A stretch of 64,000 bases of DNA. Source: Myxococcota bacterium (GTDB lineage: Bacteria; Myxococcota_A; UBA796; GCA-2862545). Location of the stretch: contig JBCCQY010000011.1 of NCBI GenBank assembly GCA_039208735.1, positions 31,563 through 95,562 of the forward strand, given 5' to 3'. Within the stretch, counting starts at the first letter, position 1. Every line of letters starts with the position of its first letter. Shown piece after piece: positions 28,550 to 37,959 of the stretch. The notes beneath the pieces are model-generated. The model was not told the origin of the DNA. It saw only the letters and a list, made by a program, of their open reading frames with translations, and did not search any database. A program made the translations under genes and the position numbers.

Positions 28550-30247
28550 CTACTCGTCCTCGGGAGGTGGATTGCGACGCGCACGTCGGCGTCGCCTTCG
28601 GGGCAGGCTGTCGTCGGGCGAAGCCGGTGGATCGTCCTCGGTGTGTCCAGGAGGGCGGGCTCCTCGCCGCGCTCGCGGCGGCAGCGGCAGCTCAGGAGCG
28701 GGTCCGAGGTCTCCGACTTCCGTTTCCTGATCTTCAGGCTGGGGGATGTGGCGCTGGGGCGCTCTGCCTTCTCCCTCGGTCGGTGTGCGTCGGGGACGTC
28801 TCGGCTCTGCTCGGGCCCCGATTTCGGGAGGCGATTCGGTGACGGCGGCTGGCGTCTTGGTGCGACGAGGCTTTCGGCGTCGACGAGCAAAGGTTCCCGT
28901 TTCATCGTCGCTCGTTCCCACTGACGGTGGTGGCAACTCCTCGGCCGGGCTCGGGATGCGGTCGCCGATGGGTGTGGGGCGGGCGAACGTCCCTGTGCGC
29001 TGTCGTCGACGCGGCCGTTCGGGCACCGGGTCGGGCTTGGGAAGAATGTCGGGCCGGGGTGGAGCGGACGATTTGCGAGGCGCATCGCCAGGGTCCGACA
29101 TCGGTTTGCGGCGGGCGCGTCGAATCGCTCCCGTGGTCTCGGGAGGGCTCGCTTCTTCTTCGGTCGGCTCGGGCGCTTGACCTGCGGCATCTGGAAGGGG
29201 GGAGCGGATGGCCTGGCGTCGCCGGCGCAGTCCGGTGGCCGAGGTGTCCTCGGAGCCTCCTCGATCGGGTTTGGACCAGCGTTCATCGGGCTCATCATCC
29301 GGGCGGTTGCTCCTGGACAAAAGTCCGGTGGCCACCGAGACCAATCCGCCCGCTCGCCTCGATGCGACTCGCTTATGGCCCAACACGTCTTCCATCACCT
29401 GCTCGAGCGTGGGTCCCTCCGCATTGTCGAGTTCCCGATGAAGCGCTTCGACAAGCGCAGGTCCGGTCAGTCGCGCCTCTGCCTCAGGGCTCAAGGATTT
29501 GGCGAACAACGCGGCCATCGGACGCGAAAGGCCCAGCCGGTGGACGCGCCGAACGGTGTCGCCCTCTCGGACGGCGGTAAAGAGTGCATCGGTACTTTGG
29601 TCGTCGTGAACTCGGCGACCCGTGGCGACCTCCGCAACCATCAACATCAGGGCAAAGGTGTCGGCGGCGAGCTCTTCGGGCTCCTGTTCGAGTCGCTCCG
29701 GAGGAACGTACCGAATTGCGTCTGGAGGGGGCACCTTGTTCGGGTCTCGTTGGTGCGCGATGATCTCGACCTGAGGCACGCCGTAGCCGAAAACCTGCAG
29801 CTCACCATCCGGCTTCAGGGCGATGCGCCACGGGTTGAGACTGCCGTGCGAAAAGCACCCCGTCTTGGCACCTGTGTCGCTCGCTTCCACGAGGATCTGC
29901 CCGCCGAGAACACCGATTTCAAGTGCGGCACGCAGTCCAATAGGCTGCTTGCGGTCCTTGGCCATCCGAAGCAGCTCGCGCACCGTCCACATGGGCCCCG
30001 TCGGGTACACGAAGACGCCCGTGATGAGGTCGTGATGCTTCAGCTCCACGAGGCCTGTGACCATCGGGTACTCGAGGAACGACAACACCCCACGAAAGTT
30101 GAGGCCGAGGTCGGCATCTTCGAGAAACGGGTCGTACAGGACGATGGCTGTATGCTTGAGTTCGCTTTCGTCGATGAGTTCGACGAGCGTAGAGCCGGAG
30201 TCCTTGAACTGGCGCCCGGTCGGTCGCAACCCGAAATACTGCTTCAC
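28550..30247 (-). CDS. Pseudokinase with long Arg/Pro-rich disordered tail
   Basis: Kinase C-lobe remnants: HGSLNPWRI (for HRDxKPxN), FGYG (for DFG), YVPPE and ADTFAL. No Gly-loop or VAxK motif. Confidence 0.72.
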   Translation of the reverse strand: MKQYFGLRPTGRQFKDSGSTLVELIDESELKHTAIVLYDPFLEDADLGLNFRGVLSFLEYPMVTGLVELKHHDLITGVFVYPTGPMWTVRELLRMAKDRKQPIGLRAALEIGVLGGQILVEASDTGAKTGCFSHGSLNPWRIALKPDGELQVFGYGVPQVEIIAHQRDPNKVPPPDAIRYVPPERLEQEPEELAADTFALMLMVAEVATGRRVHDDQSTDALFTAVREGDTVRRVHRLGLSRPMAALFAKSLSPEAEARLTGPALVEALHRELDNAEGPTLEQVMEDVLGHKRVASRRAGGLVSVATGLLSRSNRPDDEPDERWSKPDRGGSEDTSATGLRRRRQAIRSPLPDAAGQAPEPTEEEASPPETTGAIRRARRKPMSDPGDAPRKSSAPPRPDILPKPDPVPERPRRRQRTGTFARPTPIGDRIPSPAEELPPPSVGTSDDETGTFARRRRKPRRTKTPAAVTESPPEIGARAEPRRPRRTPTEGEGRAPQRHIPQPEDQETEVGDLGPAPELPLPPRARRGARPPGHTEDDPPASPDDSLPRRRRRRARRNPPPEDE

Positions 30248-30271
30248 GCCGAGTGTCCTCTCCGAGAACGC

Positions 30272-30721
30272 CTAGCCGAGATGGCGCTCGAGCAACCCTG
30301 CCACATCCGGCATCGCGCTCGCGACCTCTGCCTCGGCGCGTCCTCGCAGCGACCGGTAGATCGACACCAGGACCGCGTTCTTGGCCCGATCCGCCATGCC
30401 GTCCGTGACGGAGAGCAGGTCGTTTGCGATCGTCGGGGCGTGCATCGTGAAATAGGCGACCCGATTGTCCGTTTCGCGGGCGACCGCCCAATGGGTTTCG
30501 AGGATCGGTGCGAAATGGGGGGCCAGGCGCGCTACCGCGAGCCCGACAATTCCGGGTTGTACGCGCTGAAATGCACTGAACCCCGTACGGATGGCCATGC
30601 CCGTGAGGCCGCGGCTTTGAGCGACTCGGTCTGCGAGGACATCCTCGGCATCCCGAAAGAGCGCCTCACGCGCGGCGGGGTTCTCGAGAAGCTCTGGTAT
30701 CGTCGAACCGTTAGAAGTCAT
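30272..30721 (-). CDS. DUF6918-like helical protein
   Basis: 'GLTGMAIRTGF...QPG', 'NDLLSVTD' and 'YRSLRGRA...V..AMP' resemble this family from memory. Confidence 0.6.
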   Translation of the reverse strand: MTSNGSTIPELLENPAAREALFRDAEDVLADRVAQSRGLTGMAIRTGFSAFQRVQPGIVGLAVARLAPHFAPILETHWAVARETDNRVAYFTMHAPTIANDLLSVTDGMADRAKNAVLVSIYRSLRGRAEAEVASAMPDVAGLLERHLG

Positions 30722-30872
30722 TCGCATTCCCGGGAGTGGGTTGTCATCCGTTCTGGATTGGGCGCATCCACTCTCTGACTCCATCCCCCAGTCGGATAGG
30801 CTCGACAAGGGGGCGACCCCTTTCCCCGGTGGCCTGGCATGGCGTACCATGCACGAGCCGTCAGGGACGCGA

Positions 30873-32564
30873 ATGGACTCAGAGAAGCCGCTGGACCACT
30901 CTTCTTCCACTCCCCTATCTGCTGTCCGACGCGACCTCGCCGATGGTCGCTACATCCTCGTGCGCAAGGTGGCCGAAGGGGGCACGGCGTACGTCTACCT
31001 CGGCTACGACACGTGGACTGAGACGTGGCGGGCCATCAAGACCCTGCTCCCCGAATATGCGAAGCGGCCCGCGCTTCGTCATCGCTTCGAACGGGAAGCG
31101 ACCACGATGAAGACGCTGTCTCACGACAACATCATCGCGGTCTTCGACGCGGGGATCGACAGCGAAACCGTCTTCATGGTGATGGAGTTCGCAGAAGGTG
31201 GCTCGGTGATCGACTGGGTCGAGGCCAACGGTCCCATGCCGCCTCGCATGGCCACAGACGTCGTCCTGCAGCTTTGTCGGGGCATCGATGCGGCTCACCG
31301 ACAAGGCGTCATCCACCGCGACATCAAGCCTCAAAACCTCCTTGTCGACCGTCACGGGTCTTGCAAGGTGACCGATTTTGGCATCGCCCAGGTGTTGGAA
31401 GACACCCGGATGACGATGACCGGGACGGTGATGGGGACCATGGGCTACATGGCGCCCGAGCAGAACGAAAGCGCCAAGCACGCCGACGAACGTGCCGATG
31501 TCTACTCGATCGCCGCCACCTACTACACCTTGATCAAGGGTGAAGCGGCCACTCACCTGTTCATGGCTGATGAGCAGGATTTCGACGGGATTCCGGAAAG
31601 TCTCGCCGCAATCATTCGCGGCGGGTCCTCTTACAAGCGCGAAAATCGCTACCAGACGGTCCGTGAGATGATGGGGGAGCTTGAGGGGGCCTTGCGTCTC
31701 CTGGCTCCCGATCCGCTGGACACCCCGCCGCTCATCGCGCCCGACATGCCGAACCTCGAGGACTTCACGCCTCCGAGTTTCGATGCCAGCGTGGGGTCAC
31801 AGTCGGGTGGCGCAATGGTGCCCGTGGGCAAGGTTCAGCTCGAGGAAGAAGAGCCTCCACCGCCTGTCCATCGCGACTACGTGATCGGCGTCGACGATGT
31901 TTCCTACGAAGAGGTGGGGGACCCACAGTCGCTCGAGAAGCCAACCACACCACAGATCGAGATGGAACTCGATCGGCTCGACCGTCTCGACCGACAGCTT
32001 GAGTTTCGACGCACCCCTCCGGCCCCCGCTCGAGCTGCGTCACCAGGGCGTCATCGAGAGGCCATCCGGGCGGTCGTGCTCGTCATCGCGACCGTCGCCT
32101 CCCTCGGCATCCTCATCGTGGTGCTGACGGCCACGCTGTCCGCGAGCCGAATCCAACGCCTCGAGGCGGAGGCCGACTTTTACCACGGTCGCCTCATGCG
32201 CACGGCCCTGGAGATCGGGCAGTCCAGCATCGTTCCCCTTCTCGACAACATGGCCATGGCCGACCGAATGTCGGATGGCTACCACGACATGCGCCAGCAC
32301 ATCTTCCAACTCGGAGAGTCGCACGACCGTCGTGGCCAGCAAACGCTGATTCGTCGCATTCAGACGTTGGCGGACGGCCGGGTGGTTCCGAGCTGTTTTC
32401 GGCTCACGCTGGAAGGTGGCAAGCAGGGGCCGTGCATCACGACGGGCCACTGGGAAGACGATCTCGACGAAGACATTCGCGAGTATGACCGGATTCAGAG
32501 CGAGATCAGCAAGGAACGGGCCACGACCAGCGGTCGCATGGCGGGGTGCGCGGGCTTTGATTGA
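30873..32564 (+). CDS. Membrane Ser/Thr protein kinase
   Basis: AEGGTAYVY, RAIK, HRDIKPQN, DFG, GTMGYMAPE and ADVYS. TM helix in the C-terminal third. Confidence 0.92.
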   Translation: MDSEKPLDHSSSTPLSAVRRDLADGRYILVRKVAEGGTAYVYLGYDTWTETWRAIKTLLPEYAKRPALRHRFEREATTMKTLSHDNIIAVFDAGIDSETVFMVMEFAEGGSVIDWVEANGPMPPRMATDVVLQLCRGIDAAHRQGVIHRDIKPQNLLVDRHGSCKVTDFGIAQVLEDTRMTMTGTVMGTMGYMAPEQNESAKHADERADVYSIAATYYTLIKGEAATHLFMADEQDFDGIPESLAAIIRGGSSYKRENRYQTVREMMGELEGALRLLAPDPLDTPPLIAPDMPNLEDFTPPSFDASVGSQSGGAMVPVGKVQLEEEEPPPPVHRDYVIGVDDVSYEEVGDPQSLEKPTTPQIEMELDRLDRLDRQLEFRRTPPAPARAASPGRHREAIRAVVLVIATVASLGILIVVLTATLSASRIQRLEAEADFYHGRLMRTALEIGQSSIVPLLDNMAMADRMSDGYHDMRQHIFQLGESHDRRGQQTLIRRIQTLADGRVVPSCFRLTLEGGKQGPCITTGHWEDDLDEDIREYDRIQSEISKERATTSGRMAGCAGFD

Positions 32565-32574
32565 GCCTACCGCG

Positions 32575-33561
32575 CTAATCGCCGAGCGGTGCCGTCCATA
32601 GGTGCTCGAGAGCCGCTTGGGCTGGCTCATCGAGCGGCTTGGCGCGATGCGCGAGCGCGACCCGAACCGTCTGGTCGGTCAGGGGGCCGACCGACAGCGC
32701 CATGGTTGCGCTCCGTGCGCCTCGCCATCCCGCCGGACTGTCGGGAGCCTTGGCAAAGGACGGGATTTCCCTCACGGGAACGGGAATCGCGCTGCGGCGG
32801 AAGGCCACGAGCCCAAGGCGGCTGTCGAGATCGCCCGCAAGCCATTGCACGAGGTCATTGGTGAGTAGCGCCGTCGCGTCACCTGGTCCGAGCGCCTGAA
32901 CCACAGCGTCTCGCGGAAAGTCCAGTCGGAGCAGGGTGACGGAACCTGTTTCGGTCGACACCCGCTGTTTTCGCCCCGTCCAGGTCAAATCGATCCAGGC
33001 GTCTCCATGACGAACCGAGAGCTTGCCGTTCACACGCTCGGCAGGGGGAGGAGCGGCTGGATCGTCACCCGGAGGAGGAGGGAGCAGTTTTGCTTCCGCC
33101 GAACCAACCACCTTACCGCCGTCGTACGTGGGGACCTCGTGGATGACGCCGTTGGCATCCACCTGTTGAGCCGTTCCCGTGGTCTTGTGTTCCGTGACCG
33201 AGACCGACAGCGTCGCGGGCTCCGCACCCGGGCGACACAGCTGCAGGGCACTCACCACCCGCTGGGACAGCCGGTCTGGGCTCTGTTTCACCATGAAGTC
33301 GCCCCGGCTGCCATTCGGCCCCAACAGCGTGACTTCGAAGCGTTCTCCCGTCGCTAATGGCAGACGGGACTCGGCGCTCAACCCCCACTCGGGGACGCGA
33401 AGGCGGATGCGTCGCTTGCCCTTGGAACCCGGCAGTTTGCAACGGACCGCCCACATCGTGGCCTTTGCACAGTCCAGCGTGCTCGTAGCTGCGCCTTCGG
33501 CGAGGATCTCGCACGCGCGGGCGTCCGGCACGAGCAGCCACAGCCACCCGAGCCCGATCAC
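32575..33561 (-). CDS. Hypothetical secreted protein
   Basis: GTG start overlaps the upstream TGA (GTGA). Signal-like N-terminus (IGLGWLWLLVPDARAC). Confidence 0.6.
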   Translation of the reverse strand: MIGLGWLWLLVPDARACEILAEGAATSTLDCAKATMWAVRCKLPGSKGKRRIRLRVPEWGLSAESRLPLATGERFEVTLLGPNGSRGDFMVKQSPDRLSQRVVSALQLCRPGAEPATLSVSVTEHKTTGTAQQVDANGVIHEVPTYDGGKVVGSAEAKLLPPPPGDDPAAPPPAERVNGKLSVRHGDAWIDLTWTGRKQRVSTETGSVTLLRLDFPRDAVVQALGPGDATALLTNDLVQWLAGDLDSRLGLVAFRRSAIPVPVREIPSFAKAPDSPAGWRGARSATMALSVGPLTDQTVRVALAHRAKPLDEPAQAALEHLWTAPLGD

Positions 33562-33905
33562 GACAGCTCGTCCTCGGGGGCGGGGAGGGCTCCCCACGCC
33601 GCGATGAGCGCCCATCCGGCGGCTTCACCGAGTGTGCCCGCAGCCCAGCCCTGAACTCCGGACTGCGGAAGTTCGACGGCCACGATCCAGTCCTCGCCTT
33701 GGACGACCACGTCCGACAGCGTCCCCAACTCGGCGAGCATGCCAAGCATGGCCCCTGCGGTTGGAAAGTCGTCGAGGTCGGGCAGCGTCTCGTTCGGTGA
33801 CCACAGGTCGAGATCGACGACGCGCACGCCATCGGAGGCCCGCATGCCTTCGCGCCACGACCACCGAGGGTGGGCTACCAGTTGCTGGGCGAGATCGATA
33901 TTCAC
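33558..33905 (-). CDS. Small hypothetical protein with a phage-protein-like motif
   Basis: GTGA overlaps at both ends. Contains WSWREGM...LPDLDDFPTAGAMLGML. Confidence 0.6.
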   Translation of the reverse strand: MNIDLAQQLVAHPRWSWREGMRASDGVRVVDLDLWSPNETLPDLDDFPTAGAMLGMLAELGTLSDVVVQGEDWIVAVELPQSGVQGWAAGTLGEAAGWALIAAWGALPAPEDELS

Positions 33906-34522
33906 TCGGTGCTCCAGGTGCGCTCGACGAGCCACGCGACGAGTCGGTCGTAGCGCCATGGGTCGAGGCATTCGCTGCCTAGAGCAGCGTCTCTCGGTAA
34001 GCCTAGCTCGTCACAGACGCGCCGGGCACACCGCAACCGAGCCCGCTTTCCTGAAGGGAATCGAAGTCCGATGACGACGGAAGATCCGGCCTCCATCGCA
34101 GCGATGAGCTCCTCGATGGACCCATCTGGCTCGGCCTGACAGTAAAACGTCCGGCCGCCCTGAGCGGCACGAACCTGGGCGAGTTCGGCCAGGAGTGACA
34201 CCGCACCACTGCGGTTGCGAAGCCACACTGGACCATCGAGAATGAGATCGCGGCCGCCCAGCAATTCGTCGGACCATGCCCCTTCACGAACCCGCTGGAG
34301 CAGCATGGTGTCGATCGCACGTGCATCGAACGTTCGGTGATCCTCGCTTGCGAGTACTGAGGCCACGCTCGTCTTCCCCACTCCGGGAGGGCCCAAGACG
34401 AATACGACCCGACGCTGTTTGAGCAGCCTCGGCAACGGGCGGAGTCCCATGAATTCGGAACTCGTTCCGGTCAGCAATGCAGGCGAGTAGAATCCGCCGC
34501 TCTCGTCGATCAACGCGCTCAT
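33902..34522 (-). CDS. Small P-loop NTPase resembling the DnaA/Hda AAA+ domain
   Basis: Walker A GPPGVGKT and a degenerate Walker B (LILDG). Downstream spacing resembles DnaA domain III. Confidence 0.6.
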   Translation of the reverse strand: MSALIDESGGFYSPALLTGTSSEFMGLRPLPRLLKQRRVVFVLGPPGVGKTSVASVLASEDHRTFDARAIDTMLLQRVREGAWSDELLGGRDLILDGPVWLRNRSGAVSLLAELAQVRAAQGGRTFYCQAEPDGSIEELIAAMEAGSSVVIGLRFPSGKRARLRCARRVCDELGLPRDAALGSECLDPWRYDRLVAWLVERTWSTE

Positions 34523-34525
34523 CCT

Positions 34526-34945
34526 CTACGCCATGGTCCGAGCGTTCTGATCGATGTACGTCACGATCTCGGCAATCGGCGTACCCGGCGGAAAGACGGC
34601 GGCAACCCCAGCTTCGGTGAGTGCATCGACGTCCCGGGCCGGAATGATCCCTCCGGCGATGACCAGCGTGTCGCCCATTCCCACTGAATCCAGCGCCTGC
34701 ACCACGGCGGGCAACAGCCTTAGGTGAGCTCCCGAAAGCACCGACAGCCCCACCACGTCGACATCCTCTTCCAAGGCGGTCTGGGCGATTTGAGCGGGCG
34801 TGCGGTGCAGGCCCGAATACACGACCTCCATGCCCGCATCTCGCAACCCCCGGGCTACGACGAGCGCACCCCGGTCATGGCCATCGAGGCCGGGTTTGGC
34901 GATGAGGACCCTTCGAGGACGAGATTCTTGGGCCGGCTCTGTCAT
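34526..34945 (-). CDS. Cobalamin-binding small subunit of an acyl-CoA mutase (methylmalonyl/isobutyryl-CoA mutase C-terminal domain)
   Basis: AKPGLDGHDRG (DxHxxG), GLSVLSGAH, GGIIP and FPPGT. Confidence 0.93.
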   Translation of the reverse strand: MTEPAQESRPRRVLIAKPGLDGHDRGALVVARGLRDAGMEVVYSGLHRTPAQIAQTALEEDVDVVGLSVLSGAHLRLLPAVVQALDSVGMGDTLVIAGGIIPARDVDALTEAGVAAVFPPGTPIAEIVTYIDQNARTMA

Positions 34946-36078
34946 GAAAGCAATGCCTTCGCGATCACAATGCGCTGGATCTCCGAGGTCCCCTCATAAA
35001 GCGTCGTGATGCGCGCGTCACGATAGAGACGTTCGACCTCGTATTCCTGGCTGTAGCCGTAGCCGCCGAAGATCTGCACGGCTTCGTAGGCGCAGAAGTT
35101 GGCCGTCTCGGAGGCAAACAGTTTGGCCATCGAGCATTCGAGGGAGGCTCGCTCGCCACGATCCTTGGCCGAAGCGGCCCGCCAGGTGAGCAACCGCGCC
35201 GCGTCGACGCGACTCTTCATATCGGCGAGCTTCCACTGGATGGCCTGGTGGGACGCGATGGGCTTGCCAAACGAGTGCCGTTCCTTGGCGTATTCGACGG
35301 ACAAATCGAGCGCGCGCTGTGCGATGCCTAGGGCCTGCGCGGCAATGCCAATTCGGCCCCCATCGAGCGTGGCCATCGCGACCCGGAACCCGTCGCGTTC
35401 CTCGTGAAGGAGGTTCGCAGCGGGTACACGCAGGTCGTTGTAGACCAATTCGGCGGTCGAAGAACAGCGAATGCCCATCTTCTCTTCGATCTTGCCTACG
35501 GAAAAGCCGGGAAAATCCGACTCCAAGATGAACGCGCAGACCCCGCGATGACGGGCTTCGACGTCCAGGTTGGCGTAGGTCACGATGATCGAGGCCTGGG
35601 GGCCGTTCGTGATCCACATCTTGTTGCCATTGAGCACGAAGTCGTCGCCTTGGCGCTCGGCGCGGGTCTTCTGGGAACCGGCGTCCGAACCCGATTGAGG
35701 CTCGGTCAACGCGTAGCAACCGATCTTCTCACCGGTGGCGAGAGGGGTGAGGTACTTGTGCTTTTGCTCTTCGGTTCCGAAGTTTAGGATGGGCCAGCCC
35801 GCAAGGCTGTTCTGCACACTCATGATGGTGCCCACGCCCGCATCCGCGTAGCAGATCTCTTCGAGGGCCAGCACGTAGGACAGAACGTCGAGCCCGGCTC
35901 CGCCGTATTGCTCCGGAACGAACATCCCGAGGAAGCCTTGCTCGGCGAGCTGGGCAATCAACTCGGCAGGGAAAGCGTGCGTCTTGTCACGCTCTCCGGC
36001 ACCAGGCAGGACCTCGTTGCGCGCGAAATCGCGGGCATGGTCGCGAATGGCGCGATGGTCGTCGGACAACTCGAACAT
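34942..36078 (-). CDS. Acyl-CoA dehydrogenase (short/branched-chain type)
   Basis: ALTEPQSGSD, LNGNKMWITN, KMGIR, GGRIGIAAQALG and LYEGTSEIQR. GGAGG RBS. Confidence 0.95.
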   Translation of the reverse strand: MFELSDDHRAIRDHARDFARNEVLPGAGERDKTHAFPAELIAQLAEQGFLGMFVPEQYGGAGLDVLSYVLALEEICYADAGVGTIMSVQNSLAGWPILNFGTEEQKHKYLTPLATGEKIGCYALTEPQSGSDAGSQKTRAERQGDDFVLNGNKMWITNGPQASIIVTYANLDVEARHRGVCAFILESDFPGFSVGKIEEKMGIRCSSTAELVYNDLRVPAANLLHEERDGFRVAMATLDGGRIGIAAQALGIAQRALDLSVEYAKERHSFGKPIASHQAIQWKLADMKSRVDAARLLTWRAASAKDRGERASLECSMAKLFASETANFCAYEAVQIFGGYGYSQEYEVERLYRDARITTLYEGTSEIQRIVIAKALLS

Positions 36079-36175
36079 CGGGATTCCTCCAGAAACAGCA
36101 CAGCTCAGCACGGCATCGACGGACGACCAACATCCGTAACCCGCCCCCCCTCTGTTCAGCCGGTGGCCGCCCGGA

Positions 36176-36946
36176 TCAACGACCGGTGAATGCGGCCTTG
36201 CGTTTCTCGAGGAACGCCGTCATTCCTTCGGTCTGATCCTCGGTTGAGAAACACAATCCGAAGGCAACACGTTCCGCCGATTGTCCTGCAGTAAGGCCAC
36301 CATCACCGTGATCAAGAATCAACCTCTTGCACATCGAGAGGGCGACCGGAGCGAGCGCACTGATCTGTTGCGCTGCTTCCAGCGTGGCCTGCTGGGCATC
36401 GTCTTCGATGCGCGACACTAAACCAATTCGCAACGCCTCTTCGGCCCCCACCATGCGTCCCGAGAGGCAAAGGTCGAGGGCTACGGCGTGGCCGGCTCGG
36501 CGAACCAGGCGCTGGGACCCTCCAAAGCCCGGCACGACCCCCAACGTGACCTCGGGCTGGCCGAAACGAGCTTTAGGACCTGCAATTACGATGTCACAGG
36601 CCATCGCGATCTCGCAGCCACCGCCCAAGGCGAAGCCGTGAACTGCAGCCAGGACGGGCACCGGCAACGCCGAGAGCCGGTCGAGGACGGCCTGCCCACG
36701 GGCGGCAAAGCCCTCGGCCTGCACCGGTGTCAGCGTCCGCATGAATCCAATGTCGGCGCCGGCCACGAACGCACGATCCCCTGCACCCTTCAACACGACG
36801 GCTCGGAGTTCGGCGTCGCCTTCGAGCTGGGTTGCCGCGGCTTCGAGGGCGGCCAGGACGTCTTCGTTGATCGCGTTTAGTGATTCGGGACGATTGAACG
36901 TAAGGATCGCAATGGGGCCTTGGCGTTCGTGAAGGAGGACGCTCAT
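36176..36946 (-). CDS. crt: Enoyl-CoA hydratase (crotonase)
   Basis: [17 protein letters not shown] and [19 protein letters not shown]. Confidence 0.9.
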   Translation of the reverse strand: MSVLLHERQGPIAILTFNRPESLNAINEDVLAALEAAATQLEGDAELRAVVLKGAGDRAFVAGADIGFMRTLTPVQAEGFAARGQAVLDRLSALPVPVLAAVHGFALGGGCEIAMACDIVIAGPKARFGQPEVTLGVVPGFGGSQRLVRRAGHAVALDLCLSGRMVGAEEALRIGLVSRIEDDAQQATLEAAQQISALAPVALSMCKRLILDHGDGGLTAGQSAERVAFGLCFSTEDQTEGMTAFLEKRKAAFTGR

Positions 36947-37809
36947 GCCTTATCTCCGTCGTAGCGGTAGAATCCGCGGCCCGACTTGCGGCCGAGCCAA
37001 CCCGCTTCCACGTACTTCGCGAGCAAGGGGCTGGGGCGGTATTTGCTGTCGCCGCCAAGTCCGTCGCGTAGAACTTCCATGATCGCCAAGCAGGTGTCGA
37101 GGCCAATGAAGTCGGCAAGGGTGAGCGGCCCCATGGGCACGTTGGTGCCGAGCTTCATGGCGACATCGATGTCCTCGACGGTGCCGATGCCTTCGTAGAC
37201 CGCTTGTACGGCCTCGTTGATGTAGGGCATGAGGATGCGGTTCACGATGAACCCAGGCATGTCGCGCGCTTCCACCGTGGTCTTACCCATCTGCTGAGCG
37301 ATCGATTCGACGGTTGAAAAGGTTTCATCGCTCGTGGGCAACCCGCGGATCAGCTCGATGAGTTTCATCACGGGAACGGGATTCATGAAGTGCATGCCGA
37401 TGACACGATCGGGGCGCTGGGTCACCGCCGCGAGGCCGGTCACCGAGATGGAGGAGGTGTTGGTGGCGAGGATGGTTTCGGGATCGACTCTCGCGGAAAG
37501 ATCGCTGAAGATCTTGTGCTTGAGCGCTTCGTTTTCGGTCGCAGCTTCGATGACCAGCTGCGCTTCGGCGAACCCGTCGAGCGACGTCGTCGTCGTGATG
37601 CGCCCTTGGGCTGCCGTGGCGGCCTCTTCGCTGATCTTGTCCTTTGCGACAAGTCTCGACAGGCTGTGGCCGATCGATCCCTTCGCGCGCGTGAGTGCAT
37701 CATCAGAGATGTCCTGCAGCACCACTCCAAAACCCGACATCGCCGCAACCTGCGCAATTCCGGAGCCCATCTGTCCCGCGCCCACAACGCCGATTCGCTC
37801 AACCGTCAC
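36943..37809 (-). CDS. hbd: 3-hydroxybutyryl-CoA dehydrogenase
   Basis: [35 protein letters not shown] and [12 protein letters not shown] start at 37809. Confidence 0.93.
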   Translation of the reverse strand: MTVERIGVVGAGQMGSGIAQVAAMSGFGVVLQDISDDALTRAKGSIGHSLSRLVAKDKISEEAATAAQGRITTTTSLDGFAEAQLVIEAATENEALKHKIFSDLSARVDPETILATNTSSISVTGLAAVTQRPDRVIGMHFMNPVPVMKLIELIRGLPTSDETFSTVESIAQQMGKTTVEARDMPGFIVNRILMPYINEAVQAVYEGIGTVEDIDVAMKLGTNVPMGPLTLADFIGLDTCLAIMEVLRDGLGGDSKYRPSPLLAKYVEAGWLGRKSGRGFYRYDGDKA

Positions 37810-37959
37810 GTTCGGTCTCCCCTGTGCTTTGCAATGGGCCGCGTAACGCTCGGGGGCGCAGTGGCACACCAGCCAAGGCTCCAACATCGGGATACTCGCC
37901 CCGCGTTCGCCGTGCCGCGTCCGAGGGGACCAATACACAGGCCGGTCGGAGGTCACGCC

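Noticed and set aside
37390..37959. N-terminal 190 aa of the 1385-aa ORF and the 5' extension of the hbd ORF
   Set aside because: These overlap the opposite-strand gene. RBS and lipobox evidence place the starts at 37960 (+) and 37809 (-).
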